Assembly (NCBI RefSeq): GCF_006345805.1
Contig: NC_043000.1
Coordinates: 127,410,001-127,474,000 of the forward strand
Direction of reading: 5' to 3'
Length of the DNA: 64,000 nt
DNA from: Octopus sinensis
Lineage: Eukaryota
Shown here: positions 1-12,801 of the stretch, one piece after another
Numbering within the stretch: position 1 is the stretch's first letter
Layout: every line of letters begins with the position of its first letter
The notes under the pieces: generated by a model
Database searches by the model: none
What the model saw: the letters and a program-made list of their open reading frames with translations, nothing else
Told to the model about the DNA's origin: nothing
Translations under genes and position numbers: made by a program

Positions 1-1778
1 TTATTGTTTAGCCCAGCTCAGTACTGATCAAAAGGAATTCCAACCATGACCATCTTGTACTTTTGTACTATACATTTTTTTATCTTTCGTTTCAAGTAGT
101 CTATTTAGGACTACTATGTGTTCTTCATATTGTAAGGTAAGATTTCAAGACAGAAGACTGCTATTTAGGATGTGATTTTAAAGACAGTAGACTGTCATTT
201 TTAGCAAATTGAATGACCACACAGAAAAACCCTCACGTGGCTTAAGTAGGTAGGTATAATAAATAATTGTATCGTTATTTTTGTCACAAAAAATAGGTGT
301 ACACGATTTGTGTGACCAGGTCAGCATCTTTATAGCTTTATTGCTTTATGACTGTTGTCAGAAATATAAATATCATATATACAAGATTATTGTGTGAAAT
401 ATAATTGTGTGTGTGTGCATACATGCACGTGTGCCCACGTGCACGTGTGCATGTGTGTGGTCTAGTGATTAGTGGTGTTGCAGCCATAATTGCTAGATTG
501 TGGGATCAATTCCCAGACTGAGCAGCACGTTTGTGTCCTTAAGCAAAGCACTTCATTTCATGTTGCTTCAGTCCACTCAGCTGTAAATGAATAACCCTTC
601 AATAGAGTAGCCTTCTCCTTCACATCAGCAAGAATATTTGCCTGTTCACCTTAAGTGGACTGGCATCATTCAAAAGCTAAAATGAAGCAAAGAGCATGTG
701 ACCAGTGATGTATAACAATATCTGATAGTCTGGTGAATCGCATGATATATATATATCATCATCATCATCATTTAGCATCTGCTTTCCCTGCTAGCATGGG
801 TTGGACGGTTCAACTGGGGTCTGGGAAGCCAGAAGGCTGCACCAGGCCCAGTCTGATCTGGCAATGTTTCTACAGCTGGATGCCCTTCCTAATGCCAACC
901 ACTCCGTAAGTGTAGTGGGTGCTATTTACGTGCCAGACGGGTCTGGCAAACAGCCACAGTCGAATGGTGCTTTTTACATGCCACCGGCACGGGAGCCAGG
1001 CGAGACTAGCAACGGCCACGATCGGATGGTGTTTTTTACATTCCACCAGCATGGAGGCCCGTCGGGGCACCGCTGGCAATGGCCACATTCGAATGGTTCG
1101 CTTACGTCCCACCGGCACTGGTATCACAGCTACAATTTCCATTGATGTTGATCGATTTCGATTTTGATTTCCACTTGCCTCAACAGGTCTTCACAAGTAG
1201 AGTTTTGTGTCCCACACACAAAATATGGGGGTTTAATTGAAAGAGGATCTAAATGACTAGGTATGCTGGTAAGTGCTGTAATGGATTACCAAGGCTCCAA
1301 GCTCATAGCTGAGAAACAGCTATAAGATTTTGAATTTTTTAATAATAATAACATATATGACTTGAGATGCTCGTCTTGCCTTAGCATTTGTTTTCCTCTT
1401 TAACAAATATATATATATAGTTGTAGTAACAGGAAAGAGGAATTTCAGTTGTCCTCACATGGTGGATTGTAATGTATATAAAAAATAAAAAAAGGAAAAT
1501 ACGCACATTTAAATGGTTATGATATAATCTTTAATGTATCGACCGGTTTCACAATCGCTATTCATGATATAATGTTTAATTTATATGAATATATATTTTT
1601 TCTTAAGAAGAAATTTGGTCCATGTTGTTTGTAATGAAATTCATGAGTGAATGATTTTACAAGTTGACAAGTAAAGGGAGGTAATTGGTTGTTATTATTG
1701 TTATTGTTGTGTGTGTTCCACATCCCCGCGTTGTAGTGTTTACTCTGTGTTTTCATGTTTGGCTTAACTATATATATA

Positions 1779-1828
<50 letters not shown>

Positions 1829-2181
1829 GTATATATAGAAAGAGAAGGAGTAAAAGAAAGGAATAAATAGAAAACTAATAATGGAGAAATAAAGAGCAAT
1901 ATGTGAATTAAAATAAAAGCTTAAAGGCTTGGAAATAGATATATCTAGTGGAAGTGAAATGTAAGAAAAAAAATCAATGTTCAAATTAAACAGAATGGAA
2001 GAAATCACTTATATGAACCAAAGGTATGTTTCTGCCAATGTTTACATCGATAAGCATGCTCTATAAACGTGTTAACAAGGGGGTTCTTAGAAAATAGAAT
2101 ATAAAAGTACTCACTATTAACAGAGTTGGCAGAATTCTTTGCCTTTATCATATAATCTAAATCAAATTGTTTATTATAATC

Positions 2182-2281
2182 NNNNNNNNNNNNNNNNNNN
2201 NNNNNNNNNNNNNNNNNNNNNNNNNNNNNNNNNNNNNNNNNNNNNNNNNNNNNNNNNNNNNNNNNNNNNNNNNNNNNNNNN
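2182..2281. other. Assembly gap (100 N)
   Basis: Run of exactly 100 N, typical of a placeholder gap of unknown size. Confidence 0.98.
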
Positions 2282-2530
2282 CATGCTGGGGCAATGCCTT
2301 GAAGAATTGTAGTTTTAATGAATCAACTCTAGTTTTATTTTTGTAAGCATTGTACTTATTCTATCTGTTTCCTTTGTCAAACCACTAGGTGACAGGGATG
2401 TAAACAAACCAACATTCGTTGTCAAGCAGTGGTGGAGGACAATCACAAGCACAGACACGCACACACACACACTACATGCATACACATATACACACATACA
2501 TACATATATATATATGTGGGTATATATATA

Positions 2531-2786
2531 TTGCAGCCGGAAGGTGTTCTAAGCCATTTAAGAAACACACAAAAACCGTTACATTCACTTCAACATTTAA
2601 ATTTAATTTGCCAAAATATTTTCGTCGCTTTGAGACCGCGACCTGTTCACTGACAAAAATATCGTACTAACAGGTCGCGGTCTCAAAGCGACGAAAATAT
2701 TTTGACAAATTAATTTAAATGTTGAAGTGAATCTAACGGTTTTTGTGTGTTTCTTAAATGGCTTATAAACACCTTCAACGCTGCAA
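2531..2786. repeat. 256-bp hairpin: about 117-bp inverted arms, 21-nt loop
   Basis: 2531-2647 is the near-exact reverse complement of 2669-2786; flanked by (TA)n. Confidence 0.85.
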
Positions 2787-2951
2787 CTGTTTCGTTCCAG
2801 CACACGATCTCAGATCAAGTCACTTGCTATGCAAGTACATCTCTGTAACTATATATATATTTTTATAATATATATATGTATATTGGTAAAAACAGTAAGA
2901 TAACAAAAGAAAGAAAGAGACCTCAATATTATGAAAATAGAGGAAACTCTT

Positions 2952-3346
2952 TATATATAAAGTGAGGTTGTGTGTCTGTCTCCTACGATTTAGATTCCTA
3001 ACTACTCCACATTTGCGGGTGCAGTTTAACCAAAACGGGTATCTTATAGTCGTGATTCATATTGAGACCGTCTGGGTATTAGCGCGCGTCTACGATGAGT
3101 CTACGATTTTAAAAAAAATTTACCATCATTTTCCATTTTTTTTAATCCATTTTTGACATATATAAGGAAGTAGTAACTCTTCAAAAATTATTATTAAATC
3201 TCAGAACGTAAAAAGCTACAGTAACACCCCTCCTCCTTTGTGGTTAGCCATATTGAGATGGCTATTATACTTACATCTCTAAAAATGCTTAATAATTATT
3301 TCCCTTACAAACACGAGCAACGCCGGGCGACGGGCTTCTGCTAGTA
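2952..3346 (-). mobile_element. Related, internally different Helitron/Helentron-like copy
   Basis: Shares both termini (GAGCAACGCCGGG...CTGCTAGTA and GATTTAGATTCCTAACTACTCC) with the 6211-7237 arms. Confidence 0.6.
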
Positions 3347-3354
3347 TATATATC

Positions 3355-5477
3355 ATCATCATCATCATCATCATTTAACGTCCGCTTTCCATGCTAGCAT
3401 GGGTTGGACGGTTCACACTGGGGTCTGGGGAGCCCGAAGGCTGCACCAGGCCAGTCAGATCTGGCAGTGTTTCTACAGCTGGATTGCCCTTCCTAACGCC
3501 AACCACTCCGAGAGTGTAGTGGGTGATTTTATGTGCCACCGACACAGGTGCCAGACGAGGCTGGCGAACGGCCACGCTCGGATGGTGGTTTTTTATGTGC
3601 CACCGACACAGGTGCCAGACGAGGCTGGCGAACGGCCACGCTCGGATGGTGTTTTTATGTGCCACCGACACAGGTGCCAGACGAGGCTGACGAACGGCCA
3701 CGATCGGATGGTGTTTCTTACGTGCCCACAGCACGGAGGCCAGTCGATGCAGTACTGGCTACGGCCACGTTCGGATGGTTTTCTTGTGTGCCACCGGCAC
3801 TGGTACCACAAGATACAGATTCCATTGATGTTCATCTATTTTGATTGATTTGATTTGATTTTCACTTGCCTCAACAGGTCTCACAAGTGTCACAAGAAGG
3901 AAGGAAGGTATGCACAGGTGAACTGACAACGTCCCAGGTAGGGGCCACGGGTTATGGCCTGACTAGTCTTGCCGGTTCTTCGGATGATGTTTTATTGTGT
4001 CTCCGACACAGGTGCCAGATGGATGGTGTTTGTTACGTGCCCACAGCACGGAGGCCAGTCGATGCGGTACTGGCTACGGCCACGTTCGGATGGTTTTCTT
4101 GTGTGCCACCGGCACTGGTACCACAAAGATACAAATTCCATTGATGTTCATCTATTTTGATTTGATTTGATTTGATTTGATCACTTGTCTCAACAGGTCT
4201 TCACAAGTGTCACAAGAAGGAAGGTATGCAAGGTGGACTGACTACGTCCCAAGTAGAGGCCACGGGTTATGGCCTGACTAGTCTTGCCGGGTCTTCGGAT
4301 GGTGCTTTTATGTGCCACCGACACAGGTGCCAGATGAGGCTGGCGAACGGCCACGATCGATGGTGTTTGTTATGAGCCCACAGCACAGAGGCCAGTCAAT
4401 GCGGTACTGGCTACGGCCATGTTCGGATGGTTATCTTGTGTGCCACCGGCCCTGGTACCACAAAGATACAAATTCCATTGATGTTCATCTATTTTGATTT
4501 GTTTTGATTTGATCACTTGCCTCAACAGGTCTTCACAAGTGTCACAAGAAGGAAGGTATGCACAGGCGGACTGACTACGTCCCAGGTAGGGGCCACGGGT
4601 TATGGCCTGACTAGTCTTGCCGGGTCTTCAGATGGTGTTTTTATGTGCCACCGACACAGGTGGCCTGATGAGGCTGGCGAACGGACATGATCGGATGGTG
4701 TTGTACGTGCCCACAGCACAGAGGCCAGAGATGCGGGGCGGTACTGGCTACGGCCACGTTCGGATTGTTTTCTTGTGTGCCATCGGCACTGGTACCATAA
4801 GATACAAATTCCATTGATGTTCATCTATTTTATTTTGATTTTCACTTTCACTTGCCTCAAAAGGTCTTCACAAGAGTCACAAGAAGGAAGGTATGCACAG
4901 GTGGACTGACTACGTCCCAGGTTGGGGCCACGGATTATGGCCTGACTAGTCTTGCCGGGTCTTCGGATGGTGTTTTTATGTGCCACCGACACAGGTGCCG
5001 GATGAGGCTGGCGAACGGCCACGATCGGATGGTGTTTGTTACGTGCCCACAGCACGGAGGCCAGTCGATGCAGTACTGGCTACGGCCACGTTCGGATGGT
5101 CTTCTTGTGTGCCACCGGCACTGGTACCACAAAGATACAAATTCCATTGATATTCATCTATTTCGATTTGTTTTGATTGTTTTGATTTTTTTTTTTTGAT
5201 TTTCACTTGCCTCAACAGGTCTTCACAAGTGTCACAAGAAGGGAGGTATGCACAGGTGAACTGACTACATCCCAGGTAGGGGCCACGGGTTATGGCCTGA
5301 CTAGTCTTGCTGGGTCTTCGGATGGTGTCTTTATGTGCCACCGACACAGGTGCCAGATGAGGCTGGCGAACGGCCACGATCGGATGGTGTTTGCTATGTG
5401 CCCACAGCACGGAGGCCAGTCGATGCAGTACTGGCTACGGCCACGTTCGGATGGTTTTCTTGTGTGCCACCGGCACT
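3355..5477 (-). repeat. SINE-like (GAT)n-tailed element whose 5' part is amplified as a five-unit tandem array
   Basis: Units start TCACTTG(C/T)CTCAA at 3862, 4181, 4513, 4848 and 5203 (periods 319-355 bp). Confidence 0.85.
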
Positions 5478-6060
5478 ATATATAAATACACATACAAACA
5501 TATATATATATACAAATACATATACATACATATATATATATATATATACATATACATACATATATATATATATATAAATACATATACATACATATATATA
5601 TATATTTAAATACATATACATATATATAAATACATATACATACTATATTTATATAAATACATATACATACATATATATAAATACACACATATATATATAC
5701 ACACATAATTATACACACACACATATATATACACATATAATATATATACATACACATATAATATATACACACATATAATATATATACATATATATATATA
5801 CATATATATACACATATAATATATACACACATATATATATACACACACACATATATATATACACACATATATATATATAGACATATATATACATATAATA
5901 TATATATATATATACATATATACATATACATATACATATATATATATATATAATATATATACATATACATATATATGTATGTGTATGCATATATATATAG
6001 AGAGAGAAAGAGATACATATCTACAGCTGGATGGCCTCCCATATAATGCCAACCATATAT
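5478..6060. repeat. Compound (TA)n/(TACA)n low-complexity tract
   Basis: Directly visible; similar tracts at about 8277-8356, 13125-13310, 18095-18310 and 22700-23070. Confidence 0.95.
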
Positions 6061-6205
6061 ATATTTCTCTTATTCCTTTCAGTTGAAGAGCATAGGCTCG
6101 AAACATAAAAGATTTTTTCATTTTCCCAAGCATCAAACCAATACGCCTGCTTGTGGCTCATAGATCTGTCTTCGTCTTTTGTTTTTCTATAAATTTTAAC
6201 TATAT
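6060..6205 (+). mobile_element. Short (TA)n-associated repeat with a hammerhead-like fold at 6076-6111; other copies at about 12800-12945 (-) and about 49200-49345 (-)
   Basis: The three copies give an approximate consensus CTTT CTGTTGA A GAGC gtag GCTC GAAA CGT A AAAG. Confidence 0.5.
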
Positions 6206-6210
6206 ATCTA

Positions 6211-7237
6211 TACTAGCAGTATCGCCCGGCGTTGCTCGGGTTTGTAAGTGAAATAACTATATAAGCATTTTTAGAGAGTTACTTCCCTTATAGATGCTAA
6301 TTCGGGCTTTCTTAGCCATTTCTGTTTTGGTGTCTTCAAGCCATGAAGTCGTTGTTCTAAAAGAACGCTGGTCTCCTTGACAACACATTACGACGTTGAT
6401 TTCCTTAAACTCCCTTCCCCACAGCTTCACGAGGGAGGGAAGAAGGGGGAGAAGCAAACACAGGTGCAGGTGTTTGAGCGTGGACGCCAACTCCTCCGCA
6501 CCATCGACACAGAAAAATTATGCATTAAAATGGAATAAAAAATGATGTTAAATTATTTTTAAAATCGTAGACTCATCGTAGACGCACGCTAATAGCCAGA
6601 CGGGCTCGATATTAATCACGACTATAAGATACCCGAATTTGGTTAAACTGCAACCGCAAAATGTGGGAGGAGTTAGGAATCTAAATAGTAGGAGACAGAC
6701 ACTCACACAACTACAGTTTTATATATATAGATATACAAAACTGTAGTTGTGTGAGTGTCTGTCCCCTTCGATTTAGATTCCTAACTACTCCCACATTTTG
6801 CGGTGCAGTTTAACCAAATTCGAGTATCTTATAGTCGTGATTCATATCGAGCCCGTCTGAGTATTAGCGCGTGTCTACGATGAGTCTACGATTTTAAAAA
6901 TAATTTAACATTTTTTATTCCATTTTAATGCATAATTTTTCATGTGTCGATGGCGGCGGAGTTGGCGTCCATGGTCACACCTGAACCTGTTTGCTTCTCC
7001 CCCTTCTTCCCTCCCTCGTGAAGCTGTGAGGAAGGGAGTGTAAGGAAATCAACGTCGTAAAGCGTTGTCAAGGAGACCAGCGTTCTTTTAGAACAACGAC
7101 TTCATGGCTTGAAGACACCAAAACAGAAATGGCTAAGAAAGCCCGAATTGGCATCTATAAGGGAAGTAACTCTCTAAAAATGCTTATATAGTTATTTCCC
7201 TTACAAACCCGAGCAACGCCGGGTGATACTGCTAGTA
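6211..7237. mobile_element. Two Helitron/Helentron-like non-autonomous elements tail-to-tail, forming a 1-kb palindrome
   Basis: Each arm starts TACTAGCAGTATC(G/A)CCCGGCGTTGCTCGGG and runs about 510 bp to CAACTACAGTTTT; the 16-nt spacer is at 6721-6736. The TACTAG...TTTTATATATATAGAT termini resemble DINE-1/HINE-type elements. Confidence 0.65.
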
Positions 7238-7267
7238 CTTATATAAATACATATTCATTCTTTTATG

Positions 7268-7310
<43 letters not shown>

Positions 7311-7376
7311 TAAAAACGGTAAGATAACAAAAGAAAGAAAGAGACCTCAATATTATGTAAATAGAGGAAATTTATC

Positions 7377-8274
7377 TATAAAATAATATGTTACATTTAC
7401 TCAATAGTCAAGATAAAACTCTGAGTTTCAGATACCGAAGTGGAAATCCAAAACACCATCTCTTCGGTTATCTGGCCATCTGAAAAACGCTATGAAAAAA
7501 TACCGTTATATAAAGGGAAATTACTATATTATAATTCTGCTACTTATATGAAATAAGATTAAAACTTCATAGTAAACACGTAAACATGGCTATATATACA
7601 CATAGATGTGTGTGTGTGTGCGGGCATAGAATGCATATATATATAGACGTTTTTACTTAGTATTTTTCCATTTTTTTAGGGGTTTTTTTGGTGGGGGGCA
7701 TATGTATATTCATTTTTTGTATATGCGGGTTTGTGTATGCATATATAAACATGTGCGGGTATGTACATATATGGGCGTGTGTGTGTAAGAGCGCATAGGG
7801 GCATGTTCGTATATGAACGTGGTTTTTATGCTTTGTATACTTCCTTATGTTTTTATCTGTTAAAATTTAACCATGGTTTTTCTTGTGCTTGTGCGTATAT
7901 AGACGTATATATGAACTTTTACGGTACACATGTGTGTGTGTGTATGAGTTTGTATATATGTGCGTATATATTTGGCGAAAAATGCGAGTGAAGATGTGTA
8001 CGTTTTCATAGTGACGTATAAGTACGCACGTGGGTCCGCGAGCACACATATGAGCATATAACTAGCCATGTTTACGTGTTTACTATGAAATTTTAATCTT
8101 ATTTTATATAAGTAGCAGAATTATAATACAGTAATTTCCCTTTATATAATGGTATTTTTTCATAGCGTTTTTCAGATGGCCAGATAACCGAAGAGATGGT
8201 GTTGTGGATTTCCACTTCGGCATCTGAAACTCAGAGTTTTATCTTGACTTTGAGTAAATGTAACATATTATTTT

Positions 8275-8278
<4 letters not shown>
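7377..8278. mobile_element. Fold-back element with about 215-bp inverted arms (7377-7592 / 8064-8278) between (TA)n tracts
   Basis: The arms are clear reverse complements and each contains a hammerhead-like fold (AGATAA CCGAAGA GATG..CATC T GAAA CTCAGAGT T TTATCT at 8182-8244). Confidence 0.7.
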
Positions 8279-8359
<81 letters not shown>

Positions 8360-10669
8360 TAAGCATGGCTGTGTGGTGAAGACGTTTTCTTCTGACCTAC
8401 ATGGATCTGGGTTCAGTTCCACTCTTTTACTCTTCTACTTGTTTCAGTCATTTGACTGCAGCCATGCTGGAGCACCGCCTTTAGTCGAGCAAATCAACCC
8501 CAGGACTTATTCTTTGTAAGCCCAGTACTTATTCTATCGGTCTCTTTTGCCGAACCGCTAAGTGACGGGGACGTAAACACACCAGCATCAGTTGTCAAGC
8601 AATGCTAGGGGGACAAACACAGACACACAAACATATACACACACATTATATATATATATACATATATAGCACCCACCACACTCACAGAGTGGTTGGCGTT
8701 AGGAAGGGCATCCAGCTGTAGAAACACTGCCAGATCAGACTGGGCCTGATGCAGCCTTCTGGCTTCCCAGACCCCAGTTGAACCGTCCAACCCATGCTAG
8801 CATGGAGAACGGACGTTAAACGATGATGATGATGATGATGATGATATACGACAGGCATCTTTCAGTTTCCGTCTACCAAATCCACTCACAAGGCATTGGT
8901 CGGCCCGGGGCTATAGCAGAAGACACTTGCCGAAGATGCCACGCAGTGGGACTGAATCCGGAACCATGTGGTTGGTTAGCAAGCTACTTACCACACAGCC
9001 ACTCCTGTACATACATACATAAATAGCTCATTACATTATCAATGTGACAACCTTTGGAAAACAAATGAAGACAACTTTTGAGCTTTAACTTTGTCTGAAC
9101 TACATCCTTAGCTTCCATATCATTCCTACACAGACAGACACACATATATATATTTATGCTTGAGATAATCGGAAACGCAAACACTACGTTATAAAGTTGG
9201 AACTGAATAGAATAGATAAATAGCCAAAATTGCCAAACCATTTGTTCAATCAAGAATTCATGAAATCAGAGATATTTTTAGGAACTATTATAATCAGATT
9301 GAATTAAACTTATTTCTCTTCCATCTCCATTATCATCATCATCAGCAGCTTCTTCTTCTTCTTCTTCTTCTCCTCCTCCTCTTCCTCCTTCTTATTTGCT
9401 TCCAGAAGAAACTGTGTCATCATCATCATCATCATTTTCTACATCCGAGTCATTTCATATTGAAAGTTGCTGCCTGCTTCCAGAGACAGACTCATATACA
9501 TTTATGCACCCCTACACAGACAGACACTAATACATTTCTGCCCGATATGAGTGACTTGGTTTGGTTTCTGCGACTGGATACCATTCCTACTGCCAGCTAT
9601 TTTACAGACTGTACTGGGTGAATTTTCTCATGATGCCAACACAATAGAGATTGAATAGTCCTCAGTGAAGCAAATCAAAGGCTACTTATACTTCTACTTA
9701 ATCTCAGCTTATGTGCCCACCAATTTACATGGGATTGCACTTATAATCGGAAACGCAAACATTACATTTTAAAGTTGGAACTGAATAGAATAGATATATA
9801 GCTAAAATTGCCACTTAGAAAGTCCCCCTCCAAGGTACAAGTCTGGGCAAGGTTGTTTATGGAAGACCAGCAGTCACCCATGCATACCAGCCTCCCCTTT
9901 CTTATTTCTTTATCGGCCACAAGGGGCTAAAGATAGAGGGGACAAGCAAGGACAGACAAAGGGATTAAGTCGATTACATCGATCCCAGTGCGTAACTGGT
10001 ACTTAATTTATCGACCCCAAAAGGATGAAAGGTAAAGTCGACCTTGGCAGAATTTGAACTCAGAACGTAGTGGCAGACGAAATACTGCTAAGCATTTCGC
10101 CCACCATGCTAACGTTTCTGCCAGCTCGCCACCTTTTCATCAGCCTCCCCTATGCCATTGATGTTATCCAAGGGAAAGGCAAAGGCCAATACAGCTTGGC
10201 ACCAGCGGCATCACAACTCATTTCTACAGCTGAGTGAACTAGAGCAATGGGAAATGAAGTGTCTTGTTCAAGAACACAACACACAGCCTGCCTGGTCCGG
10301 GGAATCAAACTCACTACCTCATGATTGTAAACCCAATGCTCTAACCAGAGACATGTACTTTCACAATGAGTACTGGGTGCCTTTTACAAGGCACCAACAC
10401 TAGACAGGCTGTCTTGCTCACCAATCACTGTTAAGGGAGTAAGAGTGAAAATGATCATATACAGCCAGCACTGAATAACCTTTGGTATGTATGTTTGCTG
10501 AAGCAAGTGAAGAGAGGAAGGGAGAGAGCAAAGACATCAGAGGGATTAGAATGTATGTGTGGTGGAAGGAGTGTACTATTTCCAAAAAAATGTTCTATTG
10601 CCAGAGTTATTTCTATTCCATAACAACCATTTTGTACGTGCATGTGTGTGTGTATTATGCATATATTTC

Positions 10670-10716
<47 letters not shown>

Positions 10717-11090
10717 GTATATATGTATACGTATATATGTATGTATACATGTATATATAAGTGCATTCACACACACACATATTTATCGCAGTGCACCAAC
10801 AGTGGCATATCTCAATGACTGCTGAAGCCAATAAAAGCATGCATACATATGTATCTGCATGTGCCAGATGAAAGGCAAACAGGATTTTATATGTATATGG
10901 ATCAGGAGGTTTTATGCAATCAACCTTTAGGTTAACTGTTCTTATCGATAGATTATACAAACTTTTAACACAAACAACATACACACTTCTAAGGTAAGGT
11001 TGTACTGAACAGCTTTATGTTTTATATTGTAGAATAAACACATACAAGAACATATATTTACACACACACACACACACACACACGTATATA

Positions 11091-11320
11091 TACTCTTTTA
11101 CTTGTTTCAGTCATTTGACTGCGGCCATGCTGGAGCACCACCTTTCGTCGATCAATCCGACCCCAGGACATATTCTTTGTAAGCCTAGTACTTATTCTAT
11201 CAGTCTCTTTCGCTGAACCACTAAGTTACAGGGACATAAACACAAAAGCATCGGTTGTCAAGAGATGTTGGGGGGACAAATACAGACAGACAAATAAATA
11301 CACACACACACACACACACA

Positions 11321-11372
<52 letters not shown>

Positions 11373-11526
11373 GACAGGCTTCTTTCAGTTTCCGTCTACC
11401 AAATCCACTCACAAGGCTTTGGTCGGCCTGAAGCTATAGTAGAAGACACTTGCCCAAGGTGCCATGCAGTGTTACTGAACACAGAACCATGTGGTTCATA
11501 AGCAAGCTACTTACCACACAGCCACT

Positions 11527-11530
<4 letters not shown>
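11091..11530 (-). mobile_element. SINE family A copy
   Basis: Reverse complement of the family A head, microsatellite and tail. Confidence 0.85.
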
Positions 11531-11584
<54 letters not shown>

Positions 11585-12372
11585 TACGCATGCACACACA
11601 CACACACATACACATAACTGTGTGGTTAAGAACCTTGCTTACTAACAAAGTGAATTCAGGTTCAGCCCTAATGTGTTTTGCCATTTTTAAAGGCCAAGAA
11701 TCAAATCACCACTTTCTATTGAAAGAACTGACCAGCTATATAGATGTAAACACATTTTTTTCTTCTTTCTCTCTTCCTTCTCTTTTCCATTGACACTCCT
11801 TTCAGATACACAGGCACACACACACAAAAATACACACTCTCTCCCTATTCCTCACCCTCTTTTACTATCCTATATCTCTCTCCACCCCTACACACTCAAT
11901 AATACTATAAAAAGAGACGAATCCCCTCAAAAAAGTCAAATCTGAAGAATCTACTAGAGTAGATGCAAGCGCTAATTTATGATTTATAAAAACATACGAC
12001 ATATTAATAAAAATCAGTAAATGTACAACCATCCAGATTTCTGAGTACCTGTACATCACCTCCAAACCTAATATATATCATCATCATCATCATTTAACGT
12101 CCGTTTTCCATGCTAGCATGGGTTGGACAGTTCAACCAGGGTCTGGGAAGCCAGGAGGCTGCACCAGGCTCCAGTCTGATCTAGAAGTGTTTCTAGTGCT
12201 GGATGCCCTTCCTAATGCCCACCACTTCGTGAGTGTAGTGGATGCTTTTTACGTGCCAATGGCACAGGGGCCAGAGGAGGTTGGCAAACGGCCACGATCA
12301 GTTGGTACATTTTACATGTCACTGACACAGATGCCAGTCAAGGCGGTGCTGGCATATATATATGTATGTATA

Positions 12373-12766
12373 GGTGCAGGAGTGGCTGTGTGGTAAGTAG
12401 CTTGCTAACCAACCACACGGTTCCATGTTCAGTCACACTGTGTGGCACCTTGGGCCAACCAAAGCCTTGTGTGTAAATGTGGTAGACAGAAACTGAAAGA
12501 ATCCTGTCGTATATATATATATATATATACACACACACATACATACATACATATGTTTGTGTGTCTCTGTTTGTGTCATCTCCCCACCAACATCACTCAA
12601 CAATTGATGCTGGTGTGTTTATGTCTCTGTAACTTAACAGTTCAGCAAAAAAGACTGATAAAATAAGTACTAGGCTTACAAAGAATAAGTCCTGAGGGGG
12701 CGATTTGCTCGACTAAAGGCAGTGCTCCAGCATGGCCACAGTCAAATGACTGAAACAAGTAAAGGA

Positions 12767-12768
<2 letters not shown>
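12373..12768 (+). mobile_element. SINE family A copy
   Basis: Same head, microsatellite and tail organisation. Confidence 0.85.

Positions 12769-12801
<33 letters not shown>

Noticed and set aside
4647-4700. CTGATGA-GGC..GCC/GAC in the tandem SINE units, and an HDV-like ribozyme fit to CTACGTCCCAGGTAG
   Set aside because: No GAAA or stem III for a hammerhead, and no room for the P1 3' strand of an HDV fold.
3862-5477. Regularly spaced repeats as a possible CRISPR array
   Set aside because: Eukaryotic context, ~335-bp units with no unique spacers, and no cas genes.
801-5485. Many 60-150-aa ORFs with CHRH/RWH/DGVF motifs, also at 20568-21120 and 60882-61282
   Set aside because: Six-frame read-through of family B SINE subrepeats; they overlap on both strands and have no splice context.
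5335-6136. Tyr/Ile/Met/Cys-rich ORFs here and at 10455-10984, 13082-13477, 17918-18366, 22713-23218, plus poly-Val at 13982-14200
   Set aside because: Translations of (TA)n, (CA)n and (ACT)n microsatellites.
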